The notes below the pieces were generated by a model. It was not told the origin of the DNA, did not search any database, and saw only the letters and a list, made by a program, of their open reading frames with translations. From Rhynchobatus australiae (taxonomy: Eukaryota): 64,000 nucleotides of DNA. The stretch covers positions 23,062,522-23,126,521 of the forward strand of contig JAUZTB010000057.1 in NCBI GenBank assembly GCA_034780895.1, in the 5' to 3' direction. The position numbers and the translations under genes were made by a program. This document shows, piece after piece, positions 52,965-64,000 of this stretch (positions are counted from its first letter, which is position 1; the number at the start of each line of letters is the position of its first letter).

Positions 52965-54929
52965 TAAGATTAAAGGACAAACAGCAGCAAATATGCACAG
53001 AATGAACAAATGCAGACTGAAAAAAAAGATTTGCTTGGTGTCACACAAATGTAATGCCTTATGCATCGCAAAATACACACTTCATGCTCCTTCCAAAAAA
53101 CATTTAATTCCTTGGTTAAAAAATAAAACCTAAGTCAATTAAGGGTAAAATTCTTGATAATTCACCTTGGATCATTTCAGCTAACAATGTTACAGAACCC
53201 AGCTTAATGGTATTACCTCCACCCCAGTCTGAAACATGCAGCTATCATTAAAGAAATTCAACAAATTAGCATTCCCACTGGAGCCAATAACTAGTCCCAG
53301 AGATACACCATGCTCTAGGGAAAAAAAAAATCAAGCTATTCTCTCTGTAAAGAACAGGCTCAGAGTAAACTAGCTCTGGTCAAACATATTTTAAGATTGT
53401 GAACACTGGTCTCTTTGCTGATACAAAAATATGTACAATTTACATTTTTCACCAGATTAATTTTTCTTCCAATATATTTTCCAAATGTTAGTTTTGGTAT
53501 AACAAGCATACATAGAATAGGAATCTATCACTAGTTTTTAATTTTCAAGATTTACGATTATGCACTCAAGTAATAACCCCCTCCCCCGACCCCGGAACTA
53601 AATTAAGACTTATAAATATTATTGTTCCTTGAAAATGTTTTTTTTTTACTTTGGCCCTCCAAGAAATTGTCTAACTGATTTATAATGGTCTTGAGCTAAA
53701 ATAACACATATGAATTTCAAAAAACCATTTGTACCTGTTGAAATTAGCAATTTCCATTGTTTCATGTCTCATATAAAAGCTGATCTTGCACAAATTTCCA
53801 AGATTTATGTTAATAATCTCCCTAGATTTATGTTCAATAATTTTGCCAAGGACGATCTAAACTTGTCAAATATCTCTTTTAAGGATTCTTGTGACAAAAA
53901 TTTCCGCAGAATTCTTAAACAGAATATTCTCAGCACCTTCCATGTTCAGATGGGCATTGCAGCTGAAATAATCTTCTTAATGGGCGATATGCTGCTTTGC
54001 ATAATAATAGAAAAGAAAAAGAGGCAACCAGTTGGGAGTAATGTGGCATGGCAGATAACAGCAGCTCAGCGTTATATTCAATTTATGGTACTGGATTTAG
54101 GTTTGTTTTACCCAAGTTTACATTCCAATAATCTAATTAACTTTGTAATTAGAATGTACATTACTGTGCAAAGCATCTTAAAATAAGAACAATGAACCTA
54201 TAATGAATGCTTGCTTGGAACAAGACTGAACATCAACTTTTTTTTCACATTTTATGCACCATCAAGAAAATCATGATATAAAACAAAGAGATGAAAAATA
54301 ACATTTTGTTACACATTCAAATCAACCGTCTGGGTAACTTTTTCCCCACAAGTCCAGTTTATTTCTGATATGACTACTGATCAACACCATATCGGCAATG
54401 TTGGGACCCAAAGCAATATATTATCAGCATGAACCATATTACTAGTGTACAAATACACAAAATGTCATACCACAAAATTTCAAAGTCACATCACACATCA
54501 TGAGGAAGATACAAATTTAAACAAGGACAATTACCCAACAGCTGGAATGGTGGTGTATTGAGCACAGCCTCTTCACATACTCTGGCAATTCACCATGTCA
54601 TGATATTACATTACATTCATATGACTGGGTTCTGAGACAAATCAACATTGCAAATATCTGAATCTTGTATTTAAAGCTAGTTATTAGCAGAATAATGGAT
54701 TTAGATATACTAAGATTGTACAATAGACTTTAGTGTCAATGGGTCAATATACTCAGATCTTGAGTATACAATAAATACCCTTCACAATAATGCAACTTCT
54801 TCAGTGGCACCAAGGTGTCACATTTATAAATTCTGTCCATTATCAGTGCTTATAGGCTTCTGAAATAAACAAGGAAAATTAAACACACAACTGCTGAGAT
54901 CTTCTGCCAGACTTAGGTCATCAAATTGC

Positions 54930-55004
54930 TTAATTCTTCAAAATTATTTCATATGCCTGGAAAACATGTTGGGTTACCCCTGGGGCTCTGCACTTCAGCG
55001 ATAA
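54930..55004 (-). CDS. AP1B1: AP1B1 terminal coding exon
   Basis: Acceptor tctttgttgcAG, then LSLKCRAPGVTQHVFQAYEIILKN* with TAA at 54932-54930. Confidence 0.94.
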   Translation of the reverse strand, partial: LSLKCRAPGVTQHVFQAYEIILKN

Positions 55005-56906
55005 CTGCAACAAAGACAAAGCCAATAACAACAGCGTAAGGCAGATGCTTTATATTGTAATAAAAGAAAGACATATAAAGCTTCTCAGGACATTAGGGTG
55101 CCCCAAATATGTTATGTTGCACAAACATCTCATGTCTGAAGATTACATTGGTATAATGGAGCACAGCCATTTTGGTGAGGACATCACATTTCAATGTGCA
55201 TCATTTTTCATAATTCTTTTTAAGTGATTTAATTTTTTTAATNNNNNNNNNNNNNNNNNNNNNNNNNNNNNNNNNNNNNNNNNNNNNNNNNNNNNNNNNN
55301 NNNNNNNNNNNNNNNNNNNNNNNNNNNNNNNNNNNNNNNNNNNNNNNNNNNNNNNNNNNNNNNNNNNNNNNNNNNNNNNNNNNNNNNNNNNNNNNNNNNN
55401 NNNNNNNNNNNNNNNNNNNNNNNNNNNNNNNNNNNNNNNNNNNNNNNNNNNNNNNNNNNNNNNNNNNNNNNNNNNNTTTATTTACCATGAACCTAATATT
55501 CAAGAACATATTTAGACTTTACCATTCCATCTGTTCAAGAAAAAATACAATTGCCACTTTGTGAACTTCACATTGATCAAATTAGCAGAGCACTGCACAG
55601 GAAATCACTGCTGGCCATATCCTGCTCATTCATAGAAGCAGACAAGTACAAAAATAGCAAGTAATGAAACGGCCTCTTCAAACACAGGGCTCAATTGAAT
55701 AGCAATGAAGGCAAAAACCACTCTATTTCATTAAACTGTATGAATAATCCAATTTGTAATCAGTAAAGGTCATGGACACAGGTTCACAGAAGCAATACAC
55801 TTTGCAGGACATTTGTGAAAGGCATTGCCTGTGGTGTAACATACCCTTTTAAGGGATGAAGCAAATGCTCAATTTACACATTATAGAAATCCATTGGAGG
55901 AAGCAATAAATGCCTGACATCACCCTCTAGATTTCACACAATAAATGTAACAGAGTGGTTTTTAAATTAGCAAGCAGAAGAGACATGTAAGCTGAAAATG
56001 AATAAGTTTATGAATAAAATGTTCATCCCCATATATACACATACTGTACAAGACACTGCAGGATAAGTACTATGGGTATTTTATAATGGCTCTGGTGCTT
56101 TATTGGTACAAACATTTCTATACATTCATACTTTACCTGATAGGTTCTGAATTACAATTACATAAAACTGCTTTGTATACATATTTAGCAACAAGGTATT
56201 CAACACGTTACTGACTCAAGGAGTATTTTATAGTCTGTTCTTAATGCTGATATAATGATGCTGTTAACACACAAGAAATTCAATTGTTCTCTTGAGATTG
56301 AATTTTCCCCTCTCCAGAATTAATTGTTAACTGCTGTAAGCACAATATGTTGCATAAAAACAGTGCATAACACCAGTTTGGGCAAAAATAAATCATCTAT
56401 TGTGTTTGATAATAATGGCATTGTACTTGAAATGTTACTAATTTACTATATCTACAGCCTTCATTACTCCTGTTCAAATTTCAACTAAACAAAATTTTCA
56501 ATTTATGATGGCTAATGACTTTAATGAGAATCACAAACCAGAGTGCAAAATTCTTACTGGAAATACATTTTAAATTATGTTTAATTCACAGGCTCTTGCA
56601 AGTAACGACTGAAGATTTGTAATATTCCTAATTTTTCTTATGCTGGGAATCAATAATAGAAAATAATTTTAACATGTAAATTAAATCAAAGCCTGAGTTT
56701 ATGATTTAAAGTTCTAACCAACAATTTACGTGGGAAGTTGATAATGAAAGATTGGTCTGGTCATGAGATTGTGGGTCAGTGACTATAAAAACAAGCTCCA
56801 GAAAAAGCTAGCCAGCAAAGCATAGTAACAAAGACACTGCATAAGCATAGGGCAAAGAATGGAAGTGGCAAGTTTGCAACTGACTAAAATTAAATGAATT
56901 GCTAAC

Positions 56907-56915
56907 CTCCAAATC
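56907..56915 (-). CDS. AP1B1: AP1B1 9-nt alternative microexon (Asp-Leu-Glu)
   Basis: Minus strand reads ..ccggtcAG|GAT TTG GAG|GTtagc, phase 0/0, between ..NYT and LSLK.., where the long human AP1B1 isoform carries DLE. Confidence 0.85.
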
Positions 56916-57643
56916 CTGACCGGTAGGACAAAACCATCACGGCAGGCATGCAACAAAGGAAAAAAAAACATAACTATAAAATACTACAGCTTTCCCCCAA
57001 CAGAAATATAAAAATCTAATCTTGATTTATATATAGAAATGGCATGTAGGGATATAATGCTGCAAAACATTAACACACACATAGGGAAGACTACACAATG
57101 ACACTTATTAGATAAGGCAACAGAGAACCCAAACAGTTAAATTACATCATTACAATTAAAATATATAATACTTAAAGCAATTAAGCTCACATCTAAACAA
57201 AACACAATTTAAAAGTACAGTAAGTTGTAAACCTGAAACTTCCACCATATATGACAAACATAAAACTTAGAAATGGAACATCATTCTGAATATTGTGCAA
57301 AATCTATTAACAGGAAACATTTATCACCTTGATTTTATTTCAGTAATATACAAGAAATGTTCAAGGGACTGTTGTAATGTTGCCAATAAGGACAGGTTGA
57401 TAAGGATTTTCGCAAATTTATACTGGCTTGTTAAATGAATGCTAACAATAGTGGTATCTGAAGTGCAGTAAAAGTATATCCACACACACAAAATGCCATT
57501 AAAGGAAAAACACACATTACCATCTCTTTCCATGCCCCATAATACTATAATACAACAAGATACAAATTTCAAATATCAAAGTAAAACTTCTGAAGGCATA
57601 AACGGAGACAATAAAAGGAGACGTTAAGCTGTTCAACACTTAC

Positions 57644-57798
57644 CGTGTAATTAGGATTGCCAGGTTGGATCCTTAGCTCTGCTAAAACCCAGATTCCATT
57701 GCTCAGTTTTAGGGACTGATATAACATATCTTGCCCTTCAACATTCCTCTTTGCAACAGTAAATATATTATTGTTAAAGAGTTTATCAGTGACAGCAT
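57644..57798 (-). CDS. AP1B1: AP1B1 appendage platform exon
   Basis: (D)AVTDKLFNNNIFTVAKRNVEGQDMLYQSLKLSNGIWVLAELRIQPGNPNYT, 155 nt, acceptor ttacAG, donor ACG|GTAAGT. IFTVAKR and GIWVL match AP1B1 rather than AP2B1 (VYTIAKR, GIWIL) as I recall them. Confidence 0.93.
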
Positions 57799-59271
57799 CT
57801 GTAATGTAAGAAAAATATTTAGTATATTTTTAGTCAAATCAGTACAAACACTATGACATACAAGTACAGCTTCTATAGAGAATATGGAAAATGCGCCTCA
57901 AGCCAGCAAAGTTTGTTTCTGCACAGTTCTTAGCAATCAATTTCACATAATGAAAACATGATATTGGCATGCTCCCCTACTTAATGCAGTTTGAGACTAA
58001 AACACAAAGTTCAAAGTGGAATACAATTAAATAAAATTCAAAAATTAAATCTATAAATACGATATCCTGTTAAATTTGATTCTAGATTATACTGATCCAC
58101 NNNNNNNNNNNNNTTTTTGATGACTCTGAAAACTAAATTATTTGACAAGTGAAGCTTCAAATAGCTAAGTTAAATCCTCCGCAGGCTAATATATCCATTT
58201 ATTTGCTAAGACGTAATAATATTTACAATGCTTTGTACAAAAATAAGGTTATACCTGTTTCATCCAAACCTCAGGTAATTTATCCCAAATTAAACAATAA
58301 CATTACTTATTAAATGGTAACAGCTTGAAGCTACCAGAAATTTAGTGTTAATAATTTAAAACAATTCATAAACTGTTGATATGGTAATCAGGCCTCCATA
58401 TACATTCATTTTAATTGTATTGTGTTTTACATCTCTAAAATACCCATGCATTACAAAGATGTCATAGAAAGCCATCTTCTAACAGCATTGATTAGAATAC
58501 CTTTTATTTCGAATAACAAATTATTATTCAGGCACTTTAAAGGCAGTGAACAGGGAGGGTTGATGCTTTTTATACAGACCAAGTAATAAAAATCATGTAA
58601 TTATATCAAATCCCTTGATAATATTTGATCCAGCATCATTCAAGTTCCAACACAGAGAGAGTGAAATAGCTGAATATGTAATCCAAGTAGATTTTAGAAG
58701 GAGACTGTTTCAGCATGAAAGCAAATCAGTCAAGTTTGAACATTTATTAAGTGGTTACCAAACTCGGTTTCATTTGCTGCTTCACAAAGAGCTTTTACAA
58801 ATTAAGGTCAAGGGCTTTAAACACCCAAATCAAAGAGCTTTCAAGGATGAACGTAATGGACAAATAGAATAGACAAGATGGCACATATTGTTGAAGATCA
58901 AAGGAAGTGCGATTTCTGCAGCACAAATGAGTCAGTTCAGGAATACAATCTGCTTGAATACTGAATTCAACTACAATATTGATGGGACCCAGGAATTTCT
59001 TTGATTAAATTAAGGACAGGAACTTAGTTGCATATCATCTCCCAGAACATAAAAAGAATTGCCACATTTCTTTGTGCTGCACCAGACTTGGTAAACTGTC
59101 AAAACAGATGTTGCCATACATGTTAATTGACTTTAAATGCTGTCATTTGAAAAGTTTTCAGAGAGAGAACAGAAGCAGACCTTGCAAAGTCTTCCTAACA
59201 AACATCTGGGGACAGGTGTCTAAATAAGAGCTGCTGACTGACNNNNNNNNNNNNNNNNNNNNNNNNNNNNN

Positions 59272-59830
59272 CAGAATCATACCCTACAGTCAACGTGCCA
59301 GACTCCTTCATCAAAATTACTATGCATGTCCTGACCCACCTGCAGGACAGACCCACTAAAGACAGCAGGTGATACATTGGTATACAGGCAGGAAGTAACC
59401 ACTCATGGAGTCCTCAATATTGACCTCCGAGTCAATGAAGCCTCATGACATCATACCAAACATGGAAAAGGGAATCTGAATAGCAGTGAACATAGCAAGG
59501 GTACAGAATATAACCTGGCTGGGGACCTTCAGATCTCAGCATCTGGAATAGTTTGGTGGCAGCACCACCACTGACAGCGCTGGCTGGGTTGTCCAGGACA
59601 GGTAATGAGTGAACTAACAAAACGGATAAAGCTGCTTGAGCTTATCTTCACCATTCTACTTGTGGCAGATTCATCTGCCCACAATAGCAATGGTAGAAGT
59701 GAAGACTGCACAGTCCTTGTGGAGACTCTCCATTGTGTTGCCTGGCATTACAATTGTGGTAAATAAGAAGAGATCTGGCAGATCAAAACTGTAGGTTCAA
59801 TTGGAATGTGGACTGTCAACAAGCAGGTGA
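59272..59830 (+). mobile_element. APE-endonuclease remnant of a non-LTR retrotransposon in an AP1B1 intron
   Basis: Degenerate ESY.., GSTTTDSAG and LELIFTILLVADSSAHNSNGRSE (SDH-like) motifs. Reverse-similar to about 7430-7600. Confidence 0.55.
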
Positions 59831-59855
59831 ACAGTACACCATCACAGCCTCTGAG

Positions 59856-60040
59856 CTCAGGGTGCTCCTGTTTCCTCCCATGCTCCAAAGACGTACAGGT
59901 TAGGAAGTTGTAGGCATGTTAATGTTAGTGCTGGAAGTGTGGCGACCCTTGTGGGCAGCCCCCAGCACTTTCTTAGACTATGTTGGCTGTTTATGCAAAA
60001 AGACACATTTCACTGTGTGTTTCGATGTGACAAATAAATT
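59856..60040 (+). mobile_element. V-SINE fragment
   Basis: gggtgctcctgtttcctccca..ccaaagacgtacaggttagg, ending gatgtgacaaataaa. Confidence 0.6.
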
Positions 60041-60762
60041 CACAATAACTCCATTGGATCTACTGAAGCAAAACTGTAACATAATATTCACTATTCACGT
60101 GCATAATAGTCAGATATCCAGGAGGATCTCGGAAAAATGGTTCTGACTAGAACATCCACTCAGTTCAATCTCATGGCAGATTGCTCCCTGTAAACCAATG
60201 AAGTCATAAACAGAAAAGACAATGACAGACAAGGATGATCATGCATCCCAATTGCAATTTATCCCATAAAGTAAGGGAACCCTCTACTCTATCCCCACCT
60301 TAACCACATCTAGGGAGATGCACAAAAACAAAAGAATTCTTGTAGTACTTCAGGCATGACAGAATTTTTATAACTACAGGAGGTTAATCAATAATATAAT
60401 TAAAGTATAAAGTACGAGTATAAGTAGTATGAAATGGCATGCTCATTTATGACAGTGAACTGACTTTTACATATTTCTAGCAATAAAATGGAGGTTCAAA
60501 ATCTACTGCATCCCTAAGAGTTTCTGGGGAATTTTGTTATGTGCTGAGTTCCTGAGCAGTAGACACACTAGTTGTCCCATAGTAATGAGTTAACACAGTG
60601 GATATTGTGCAAACCAACAGTGACACATAAATATTCTAAATATGTTGATTCCATTTCGAAGACAAGTCACCTAATTTGTAAGAATTTAAACTTACTTTAA
60701 ACAAATTAGAAATGACAAGTCTCTGAATTAACACAATTACCAGAATAACTCAAATGTTTCAC

Positions 60763-60849
60763 CTGCATTAAGGTGACAGTCTTTGATTTGAAATTGTACT
60801 TCATTTTCATTTGGAATGTCCTTCCACGTTGCCAAAAATATCTGTCGAT
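60763..60849 (-). CDS. AP1B1: AP1B1 appendage exon
   Basis: (D)RQIFLATWKDIPNENEVQFQIKDCHLNA, 87 nt, poly-T acceptor tgcAG, donor CAG|GTGAAA, phase 1/1. Confidence 0.93.
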
Positions 60850-62817
60850 CTGCAAAAAAAAAAGTGCCTCAGATTATACAGGTCTTGGCTTTGGATCTAA
60901 AATTAATCAGGCAATCTACTTGCTCCTTTTCCTTACAATCAAGCACAAAACTCAATCTGAAGACATTTGTCAACCAGAGTTTAGGAAAATTTTATGCTAG
61001 GTTGCTTAGGAAGTATCTTAGCTACAGATATCCAGGGTGGAACGTGCTTACTGGGTAGCATTCTTGCCTTTGAGAACACTGGATTCAAATCTTACTCTAG
61101 AGACTTTAGCATAAGAATTTAAACTGTTAGCTCAGCAAGGAGATGCTGAATTGAAGATTAAATCCTATCTGTCCTCTTGCAGTAACAGTAAAGGTCATTT
61201 AGCAGTAACATGCCCTAGCAAAAAGAGAAATGTAGATTTGCTTTAATGCCTTTCCTGCTGCCACATTTTACATTTGGTATATAAAGATTGGGTGTTTTGG
61301 TGCTTTGATAACCATGGACCATTCTTCAGCAAAAAGTGATGCTTCCAGAGATTAAATGAGAAAGTGTCAAGTAGGTGAAAGACTGTACGTGACATTAAAT
61401 GGCTCCAGCCAGTTACTGCTGTGCTGTCAATCAAAATTTAATACCCTAGAGATACTGAAGGACCATCCACACTTGGTCATTTGTGCTAATGACTGTCCAG
61501 AAGGCCCCATCTGCCCACATGTTAATTTAGGTGTAAAGCACCAAAAAAAGGAGAAATTATTTGAAAACTGCAAGCAAACATTTCACTAAAACCTCATGTT
61601 GTATATCTTCAGAAGGGATATTAGTTGACATTATGTCCTAGAGCCTTAGATGGACGCTTGGGAAAGAAGAGGTCAATCCATTTTCAATCACTAAACTTCT
61701 CAACACGTCTATATTTAGACATGTGAAATATATAAATGCAGAATAGATTTACTGGAATTTGAAATTTCACCAGTACACTTTGCTATTTTGAAAATGGCTC
61801 AAATGTTTGGCAGTGTACATAAGTAGATGGAGTACCTATTAGAACTAATCCACAAGGAATGCCTTAAAAATATACATTGTTCACTATTCCACCAACAGTT
61901 TGACATGTTTTTGAATTTTATGCTAACAGCCAAAATCTACTGANNNNNNNNNNNNNNNNNNNNNNNNNNNNNNNNNNNNNNNNNNNNNNNNNNNNNNNNN
62001 NNNNNNNNNNNNNNNNNNNNNNNNNNNNNNNNNNNNNNNNNNNNNNNNNNNNNNNNNNNNNNNNNNNNNNNNNNNNNNNNNNNNNNNNNNNNNNNNNNNN
62101 NNNNNNNNNNNNNNNNNNNNNNNNNNNNNNNNNNNNNNNNNNNNNNNNNNNNNNNNNNNNNNNNNNNNNNNNNNNNNNNNNNNNNNNNNNNNNNNNNNNN
62201 NNNNNNNNNNNNNNNNNNNNNNNNNNNNNNNNNNNNNNNNNNNNNNNNNNNNNNNNNNNNNNNNNNNNNNNNNNNNNNNNNNNNNNNNNNNNNNNNNNNN
62301 NNNNNNNNNNNCCTATGGAAAGATATTTCAGACTGTCCAATGGGCAGAATTTTTTTTCCTCTGTTATGTACAATTTATTGATTCCAACATTAAATTAAAA
62401 CTCACAATCCATTAAACAGTTAGAGAATTTATCATTAATAAATTTACAAAAATATTAAAAAATACAAGGCAAAAATGCATGGAATATTTTTTTCTGAGTA
62501 CGGAATGCAGATGATGAATAATATAATACAAGGTCTGTTTTAATCTTGCATCGATTTGCAACAAAAACTAGGATATACTTTAATAATTGTACAGGAAACG
62601 TGTGAGAGTTCAGAACTCATTCTATTCCTGTCTGCTCACTTTTTCAGATTCACTGCGGAGAAGTGGAGTGCATTCTATCCCAAGTCATCTATTTTTATCC
62701 TTATCTTTGGAGGATGGTTATATACATCATTGTTTTATACAAGTCATTTGTCTAATACAAGTCATTAGAACCTTAGTTCAATCATTCCAGGTAAATGCAC
62801 TAAGAATATTAACTTAC

Positions 62818-62902
62818 CCAGTTTTCCTTCTTCCAGAAATAAGATATTAATTGGGTACAGGCAACTGAAGTAGAAGACATCAATATTATTTTTCACTGCA
62901 AC
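62818..62902 (-). CDS. AP1B1: AP-1 complex subunit beta-1, appendage-domain exon
   Basis: VAVKNNIDVFYFSCLYPINILFLEEGKL, 85 nt, acceptor ttttcttttgtgagcAG, donor G|GTAAGT. Confidence 0.92.
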
Positions 62903-64000
62903 CTGCTCACAAAAGAAAAAAAATAGAATTAGTTTTAGCTCTTTGCATTTAAAAATATTTGCATTTAAAAATAAGAAAAAAACTATGATTCTTGCTCATA
63001 CTTTCATGCAAATGGCACCGCATTTCAAGGAGAGGATATCCAAAAGTTGATGTTTCTGTGTACTAATTTGCCATTAACCTTGCAAATCAGTACCTCACTG
63101 CTAACCCCATTCTTGAGAAGCATCTAATGCCACAAAATCACATCTATATGGAGAGATACAAACTGAGCACGCAAAGAGAAGTTGGACCTTGCCAAGTCCA
63201 AGTACCCTTTCAATGAAATGAAACATCAATTATTGACATTCAATCTTTCTGATGCTGAAAATTCACCTGAGAATGTAATTACTTCCAGAATTTATTGTAT
63301 TATTGGAATTGTTAAAGGTGGTAGACCTTTTTTTATATATACATCTTTGTTTTTGGACTCTTGTTCAATCTTATTTTCCCTCTGTTTCATGTTCTGCACC
63401 AAATTTAACATTGAATTCACCATCTTAGTCTTTGGGCTGTCACTTCCCATTTCTCCAACTTTCCTAGCCGAGACGTTGGTAGTTCTCGTTTCAGCAGCCA
63501 ACCATACCAACAATTTAAAAATCTAATTCTGCAAGAAGAAGACTAAGTAATGTCAAAGGGCATTGCACCTTCTACTTTAGCAAACTCAGGTCAATATCAA
63601 CCTCTTGGGAAGAGTCTCTAGGCCTTTTCTTGCCTTTCACTTAATTTGTACCTAGGAGAATAAAGGTACAAGTTCACCAAGACCTGCAGCAAAGCCTTCA
63701 GTAATTTCATCAAAATGTAGAATGTTTGAAGTTTATAAATTGCTTACAGAAATATCTCTGTACAAAGCCTGCTATTAAAAAGTACTCTTATATAAGAGGT
63801 CCTCACCGAGCAAGACTTGTCACAAATTTCATACCCTATCTGAAGGATTCAGAACTGACCAGGCAGTTTCTTTTTTAAAAAACAAAGACAGAGTACAAAA
63901 AAAACAAAAAAAAAATCAGGATATCATGCTTCTCTCTCTGTGCTCCTCACAGAAACTTAATCNNNNNNNNNNNNNNNNNNNNNNNNNNNNNTTTTGCAAG

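Noticed and set aside
53710-54186. 158-aa plus-strand ORF downstream of AP1B1
   Set aside because: AT-rich, antisense to the probable AP1B1 3'UTR, and without recognisable motifs.
56111-56135. Second AG..GT-flanked mini-segment in the last AP1B1 intron
   Set aside because: It is 10 nt (frameshifting) and lacks a pyrimidine tract.
1-64000. CRISPR arrays, rRNA/tRNA genes, prokaryotic or viral systems, intact autonomous transposons
   Set aside because: I saw no regularly spaced repeats or intact TE/viral ORFs. The tRNA-like boxes belong to SINE heads.

Overview
Vertebrate genomic DNA from a gapped draft assembly. The repeat content (CR1 LINEs with (CTCTATGA)n-type tails, V-SINE/HE1-like and Deu-domain SINEs, Penelope-like terminal palindromes) points to a cartilaginous fish; this is an inference. 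The window holds a conserved three-gene block. (1) The last two coding exons and a long CpG-rich 3' region of a GAS2-like gene on + (644-1043, 13430-15161), best read as GAS2L1. (2) A three-exon RASL10 small GTPase on - (35527-35312, 25918-25794, 22010-21792), with its C-terminus lost in an N gap; RASL10A by synteny. (3) The last exons of beta-1 adaptin AP1B1 on - (62902-62818, 60849-60763, 57798-57644, a 9-nt DLE microexon at 56915-56907, and 55004-54930). Exon phases are mutually consistent. Most ORFs in the supplied track are spurious or span gaps. I see no support for a wholly new biological system. The strongest observations are the hidden AP1B1 microexon with regulatory-looking flanks, apparently ancestral mixed-paralog features in all three genes, an in-frame stop at the GAS2L1 donor, Penelope relics with decayed hammerhead motifs, and inverted retroelement pairs in RASL10A introns. 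Comparisons to human proteins and repeat consensuses are from memory and were not run.
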